Virus record (IMG/VR): IMGVR_UViG_3300012031_000015 | Coordinates: 1-57,591 of that record | DNA: 57,591 bases | Direction: 5' to 3' (one strand) | From: a virus | Lineage: Duplodnaviria > Caudoviricetes | In this document: positions 53,673-57,591 of the stretch, piece by piece | How positions within the stretch are numbered: position 1 is the first letter of the stretch | How the letters are laid out: each line of letters starts with the position of its first letter | The notes under the pieces: model-generated | What the model was told of the DNA's origin: nothing | Seen by the model: only the letters and a program-made list of their open reading frames with translations | Database searches by the model: none | Position numbers and translations under genes: made by a program

Positions 53673-54296
53673 TTACCGGAGTTTACTGATTATATTAATC
53701 AGCGATTCCTTTAAATACTTTTGTGCTTTTGTGTCTTCTCTAGTTGCTTTTGCAAGCTCGTATGCTTGGTAACCACCTCGTGTATTCATCATGTGCTCAT
53801 AAATAGCAGTTGGGTATGCACCCGGCGCGCTAGGTTGAGCTACAATGTCCACAGTAATGATTTCAAAGTCAGAAACAGTATTGCTACCGTCCTCTGATAC
53901 GTTGCCTGAACCTCTAGAAGAGACGCCTAGCTTAACGCCGCTTTCCAGCAACGTCTTCACTAGGTTTCCCATTGGTGTCGGTAGTATTTTCATCTTACCG
54001 TAACCGTTGTCATCGTCCATCCACATTTCAGTAATCATGTGTGAGACTCTGTCAAGGTTAATATTAAGGCCTTCTGGGTGATCAACTTCTCCAAGAACTG
54101 AATAACCGCCGTGTACTTGATCATTGAGCGTTCTGACAGCCCTGCCTATTTCATTTACAGGATACATTCTTTGATTAGCGTTACGGACTCCACCTTGAAT
54201 GCAAATACCTTTCATATACAGGTCTTTGCCATCGTTGGCGTTTTCGACAACTATCCTAGCTTGGTCAAATGTTAAATGTTCTCGTAGGTTTTTCAT
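53673..54296 (-). CDS. gp21: prohead maturation protease
   Basis: NANQRMYP, LGEVDHP, VSHMI, ILPTPMG, GVSSRGSG, DIVAQPSAPGA. Confidence 0.95.
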   Translation of the reverse strand: MKNLREHLTFDQARIVVENANDGKDLYMKGICIQGGVRNANQRMYPVNEIGRAVRTLNDQVHGGYSVLGEVDHPEGLNINLDRVSHMITEMWMDDDNGYGKMKILPTPMGNLVKTLLESGVKLGVSSRGSGNVSEDGSNTVSDFEIITVDIVAQPSAPGAYPTAIYEHMMNTRGGYQAYELAKATREDTKAQKYLKESLINIISKLR

Positions 54297-54319
54297 CTAA
54301 AAGCCTTCTCCTTTAAGTC

Positions 54320-55444
54320 TTACTTCGCACGACTCGATACTTTATTAAGAGTGCTTGTCGTGCTCTTGTCCGACTTCTCACCTGGGCCTTTCTTTTCAGC
54401 CCCGTGGCCTTTTGGCATTGCCTTATTTGCTTTGGCTGCCTTGCCGCCTGGTACGTTAATATTACCAGTTGACATAACTTTTGCATTTGTGTCACTTAAT
54501 GCCGAGCCTTTTATAGTTGAACCTGCGCCTGACATACCGTCATTGGCAACATCACTACGCACTGTATTAGCAGTTGTACCACCCATGTTGTTTGGACCTG
54601 CTACTGCTGACCTAGTGTTCTGACCGTTATCACCTGAACTTTTCTTTTCAGCGCCGTGACCACTTGTTACTTTTTCTACATACTCACGCATTTGTTCGCC
54701 TGAAGATTTTTTAGTCGCTGCTTTCTTATCAGCGGCTTTCTTATCAGCTATTTCTTCCATTTTCTTATCAGCAGCTTTCTTTTCTGACATTTTCTTATCA
54801 GCAGCTTTTTTATCAGCAGCTTTTTTCTTAGCTGCTTTATCAACTGACTCAAAGTTGTAGCTTTCCTTCCCTTGCTTATCCCCTATATCCATGTCGTCGT
54901 CTTCGCCGTCGTCCATGTCCATATCCATATCGTCGCCGTCCATATCCATGTCGTCGCCGTCCATGTCGTGGTCTTCACCTTCTTCACCGCTCATCATTCT
55001 TTCAAATTCAGCTTTAAGGTCTTCTAAGGCATCTTCAAGATCAACTACACGATCTTCTACGTCGCCTTCTTCCTCTTCACCGTCCATATCCATATCCATG
55101 TCGTCGTCGCCGTCTTCATCGCCGTCCATGCCTAGGTCTGCCATCATATCATCAGTAGGGTCACCGCCGATATCATCATCTGCTTCAACTTCAAACTGGT
55201 TCATATCGAAGCCTTCATTTGTTTCTTCGTCTTCGTCCTCGTCGTATGCTTCGTCCATGTCTTCGTCGTCTTCGTCGTATGCTTCTTCAACGTCATCGTC
55301 GTCTTCATCTTCGTCTTCTAACATCGACTCATAAATGTCACGTGACTTTTGAACTACAAACTCGTGGAATAATTCTTCTGCTGCTGCTTGATCTTCGTTA
55401 ATAAGAAGTTCGAGCATCTTTTCAATTTTGCTACGATCTGCCAT
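54320..55444 (-). CDS. highly acidic low-complexity prohead core-like protein
   Basis: Start MADRSK; D/E/M-rich repeats (DDMDMDG) and KKAADKK repeats; lies between portal and protease. Confidence 0.7.
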   Translation of the reverse strand: MADRSKIEKMLELLINEDQAAAEELFHEFVVQKSRDIYESMLEDEDEDDDDVEEAYDEDDEDMDEAYDEDEDEETNEGFDMNQFEVEADDDIGGDPTDDMMADLGMDGDEDGDDDMDMDMDGEEEEGDVEDRVVDLEDALEDLKAEFERMMSGEEGEDHDMDGDDMDMDGDDMDMDMDDGEDDDMDIGDKQGKESYNFESVDKAAKKKAADKKAADKKMSEKKAADKKMEEIADKKAADKKAATKKSSGEQMREYVEKVTSGHGAEKKSSGDNGQNTRSAVAGPNNMGGTTANTVRSDVANDGMSGAGSTIKGSALSDTNAKVMSTGNINVPGGKAAKANKAMPKGHGAEKKGPGEKSDKSTTSTLNKVSSRAK

Positions 55445-55648
55445 TGTAAAACTCCTATAAATGGTCACACATTGTGATTGTGGGCTGTCATAATATATTT
55501 ACTTCATTCTTTAAAAAGCACCCAGAAACAGGTGGAAAACGAGCCATTTTGAAAAACGACTAGTTTAGAAGGGCTTTTAATTTATTTTTCTTAGTAGGAA
55601 AAACTATTGTAGATCCTACTACTCTTATATCAAAATTTGATATTGCTA

Positions 55649-55900
55649 CTAGAACTCACCGCCGGCTTCTGCGTTTGCTGCTATTCCGTACATCTGTTGA
55701 ATAGCACCTAGATCTTTATTTTTTTCTTCTGCATGAAGCTCGGCAGCTTTTCGAATACGATTAATCTGACTCAGTTTCAGTCTGGTTTTTCTAGTATCCT
55801 TTCTTTTCATTGGAGAATGGTCGTGCTCTGGCTCATAACTCTTATCTTCAACAGAGTCAACCGTTTCTTTGTCAAAATAGAATAGTTCGCGTAGTATCAT
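55649..55900 (-). CDS. small hypothetical head-module protein
   Basis: Start MILRELF 4 nt after TAAATA; RKTRLKLSQINRIRK. Confidence 0.7.
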   Translation of the reverse strand: MILRELFYFDKETVDSVEDKSYEPEHDHSPMKRKDTRKTRLKLSQINRIRKAAELHAEEKNKDLGAIQQMYGIAANAEAGGEF

Positions 55901-55907
55901 GTTGTAT

Positions 55908-57590
55908 TTATGCCGGAGGCGGCTCTCCGCCTCCTGTTGGGAGGTCATCGCTGCCGCCAGCGTCGTTGCCTATAATAGGTGCAGTATCATCTGGCATCTC
56001 ATCCTCTATTCCGTCAATGTCAGATTCTATGCCGGCTCCGCTAATACCAGCATCACGCATTTCAGCACTGGCATCACCGCTGGCGCCGCCTAAATCATCT
56101 TCGTTTTCTTCTCTCCACAACCGCTCGTTCTCCATAATCTCTTCATCAGTCATACCCAGGAATCTTTTCATAGCAAACCGGTTGGATATGTAGGGCACTG
56201 CACTCATTTGAGTAAACGTTGGAATACGAGCGTTATCAAGTTCGCTTTGTCGATACGCTGCAAAGTTTTGTGGTGGTTGAAACTTGAGATCAAACATCGA
56301 CGTATCAATGTTCACACCTTTTTCTAAGAGATAGATTTTGAACTCTTGATCAAATTCTCCTACTACTAGTGTTTGTAACCGTTCACAATAGGTGTTAAAG
56401 CGTAGCTCTTGAATATAAGCTGTACCCACACGTCCATCATTCATTGTTGATGCAGAATCCTCTGCACCAGTTGGCAAGTAACTACTAGGTATACGCAACG
56501 CTCTTACCATTTTGTTAGTAAAGTATCTCAAATCGTCGATTTCACCTAAATTCGAGTTCTTTGTAAATATTCCAGCAGTTAGCGCAAATGTATGATAATT
56601 ATGATGTATTTCGTCTTGGTCAATAGTAAGTGTGCCTACAGGAATTGCATCGTCAAGGTATTCAATTTTTACAACTCTGTGATTGTGTACACTTTCTTTT
56701 TGTCTAACATTAAATTTGTTATCATTATTTGATTTATAAACAAAATTCTTTACAATATTCTCAGGAAGATAATCAGCAACCATTCTATGAGTAAATTTCC
56801 ATTCTTTTACCGCATTGTCAAAATATTGTTCGTATTCTAGCTTCTTATTTTTTGAAATAAATTCTTTTTTCTTATACAGCGGAATCATGCTTTCATTTTC
56901 AGACAAGTGCTCTGCTCTTACAAAACCTTTTCCGTATACAGGAAATTGATGGTCCGGAGTGCAAATTATATGTTCTCCGTTGTCTAAGGTAAGACGCATA
57001 ACTTGTGCAGAATTTTGAGTTACTCCTGCCCAGGAAATTATTCCAGGCACAACTTGTCCAGTTTCCGGATTAGTTGAATAAGTCCACAATGTCTTGCCTG
57101 TGCTCATTTCAGCTTCAATGTCGGAAATGCTCAATTCTCGGCCGTCTAATAAACTAACCCTAGTGTCCATTGAAAAACATCCACCCGGCAGTGTTTCAAC
57201 TTTAGAGCCGCGCCCTTCACTGTTGTGAACATATATTCCGGCTGCTAATCCAAACCAATGGCTGTTACTGTCACTTAAAACCGTAATATCTCCAGTGTCT
57301 ATGGTTTCAGTTAACCATTCAATAGACGCAACTTTGTGATTTTGTTTTGGTCCAGAATATCCATCGCGTAATTCTAGCGGCATTAAGCTGTCATTGATTA
57401 AAAGATGCTGAGCTTCTACTTCTCTACCGTCGCGCATAATGAACCTATGATCAGGCGTAGAGGTGATAGTTTCACCGTTGTCCAGTGTTATCTTTAAAAC
57501 TTTAGCATTTTTACGAGTGATACCAGCCCACTTGATTTCAGCTGATTCCATTTCATGAGTAATGTTGCTCAACCCATAAGTCCAATTACG
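55908..57590 (-). CDS. gp20: portal protein, C-terminal part (5' truncated), with two inteins
   Basis: Frame open to the window edge; exteins SEGRGSKVETLPGG and SNLGEIDDLRYF..LRIPSSYL..ELRF. Confidence 0.9.
   Translation of the reverse strand, partial: RNWTYGLSNITHEMESAEIKWAGITRKNAKVLKITLDNGETITSTPDHRFIMRDGREVEAQHLLINDSLMPLELRDGYSGPKQNHKVASIEWLTETIDTGDITVLSDSNSHWFGLAAGIYVHNSEGRGSKVETLPGGCFSMDTRVSLLDGRELSISDIEAEMSTGKTLWTYSTNPETGQVVPGIISWAGVTQNSAQVMRLTLDNGEHIICTPDHQFPVYGKGFVRAEHLSENESMIPLYKKKEFISKNKKLEYEQYFDNAVKEWKFTHRMVADYLPENIVKNFVYKSNNDNKFNVRQKESVHNHRVVKIEYLDDAIPVGTLTIDQDEIHHNYHTFALTAGIFTKNSNLGEIDDLRYFTNKMVRALRIPSSYLPTGAEDSASTMNDGRVGTAYIQELRFNTYCERLQTLVVGEFDQEFKIYLLEKGVNIDTSMFDLKFQPPQNFAAYRQSELDNARIPTFTQMSAVPYISNRFAMKRFLGMTDEEIMENERLWREENEDDLGGASGDASAEMRDAGISGAGIESDIDGIEDEMPDDTAPIIGNDAGGSDDLPTGGGEPPPA
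56556..57179 (-). mobile_element. 208-aa intein in portal with a degenerate central insert
   Basis: CFSMDTRV, ICTPDHQF, NHRVVKIEYL, FALTAGIFTKN/S. Confidence 0.9.
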
Positions 57591-57591
57591 C
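57222..57591 (-). mobile_element. mini-intein in portal (N-terminus outside window)
   Basis: ITSTPDHRF, NHKVASIEWL, TGDITV, FGLAAGIYVHN/S. Confidence 0.88.

Noticed and set aside
5803-56093. Many short ORFs antisense to or nested in core genes (e.g. 18711-19064, 31956-32417, 53303-53689, 54891-55334)
   Set aside because: Shadow frames of well-supported genes, with Ser-rich mirror composition and no RBS or motifs
1-57591. tRNA, rRNA or tmRNA genes; integrase
   Set aside because: None recognised by eye in the intergenic gaps; tRNAscan-SE, ARAGORN or Infernal would be needed to exclude them formally

Overview
57.6 kb segment of a large T4-superfamily myovirus, probably a jumbo phage. The left ~5.6 kb is an accessory/early region. 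It contains an array of tandem and divergent sigma70-type promoters, a palindrome-rich non-coding stretch, strong local depletion of the TC dinucleotide, and a translationally coupled array of seven diverged paralogues. The rest lies mostly on the minus strand and holds core genes. Replication/recombination: helicase, primase, a miniature DnaE-like protein, peptide deformylase, clamp-loader subunit, UvsW, UvsY, UvsX, gp32. Packaging: TerL, putative TerS, gp4. Tail/neck: tube, sheath, gp13/14/15, fibres. Head: MCP, scaffold, protease, portal, which is truncated at the window edge. The most striking biology is protein splicing, with six inteins. Two are atypically split trans-splicing inteins: UvsX with a 16-aa IntN that resembles, from memory, the published VidaL intein, and TerL with a 31-aa IntN whose halves are separated by a free-standing endonuclease. 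The others are a class 3 LAGLIDADG intein in the TerL Walker A, a mini-intein in UvsW, and two related inteins 14 residues apart in the portal. Directly upstream of the fractured TerL sits an intein-free, ATPase-only TerL paralogue that ends at the split site. All calls come from reading motifs by eye; no database search was run.
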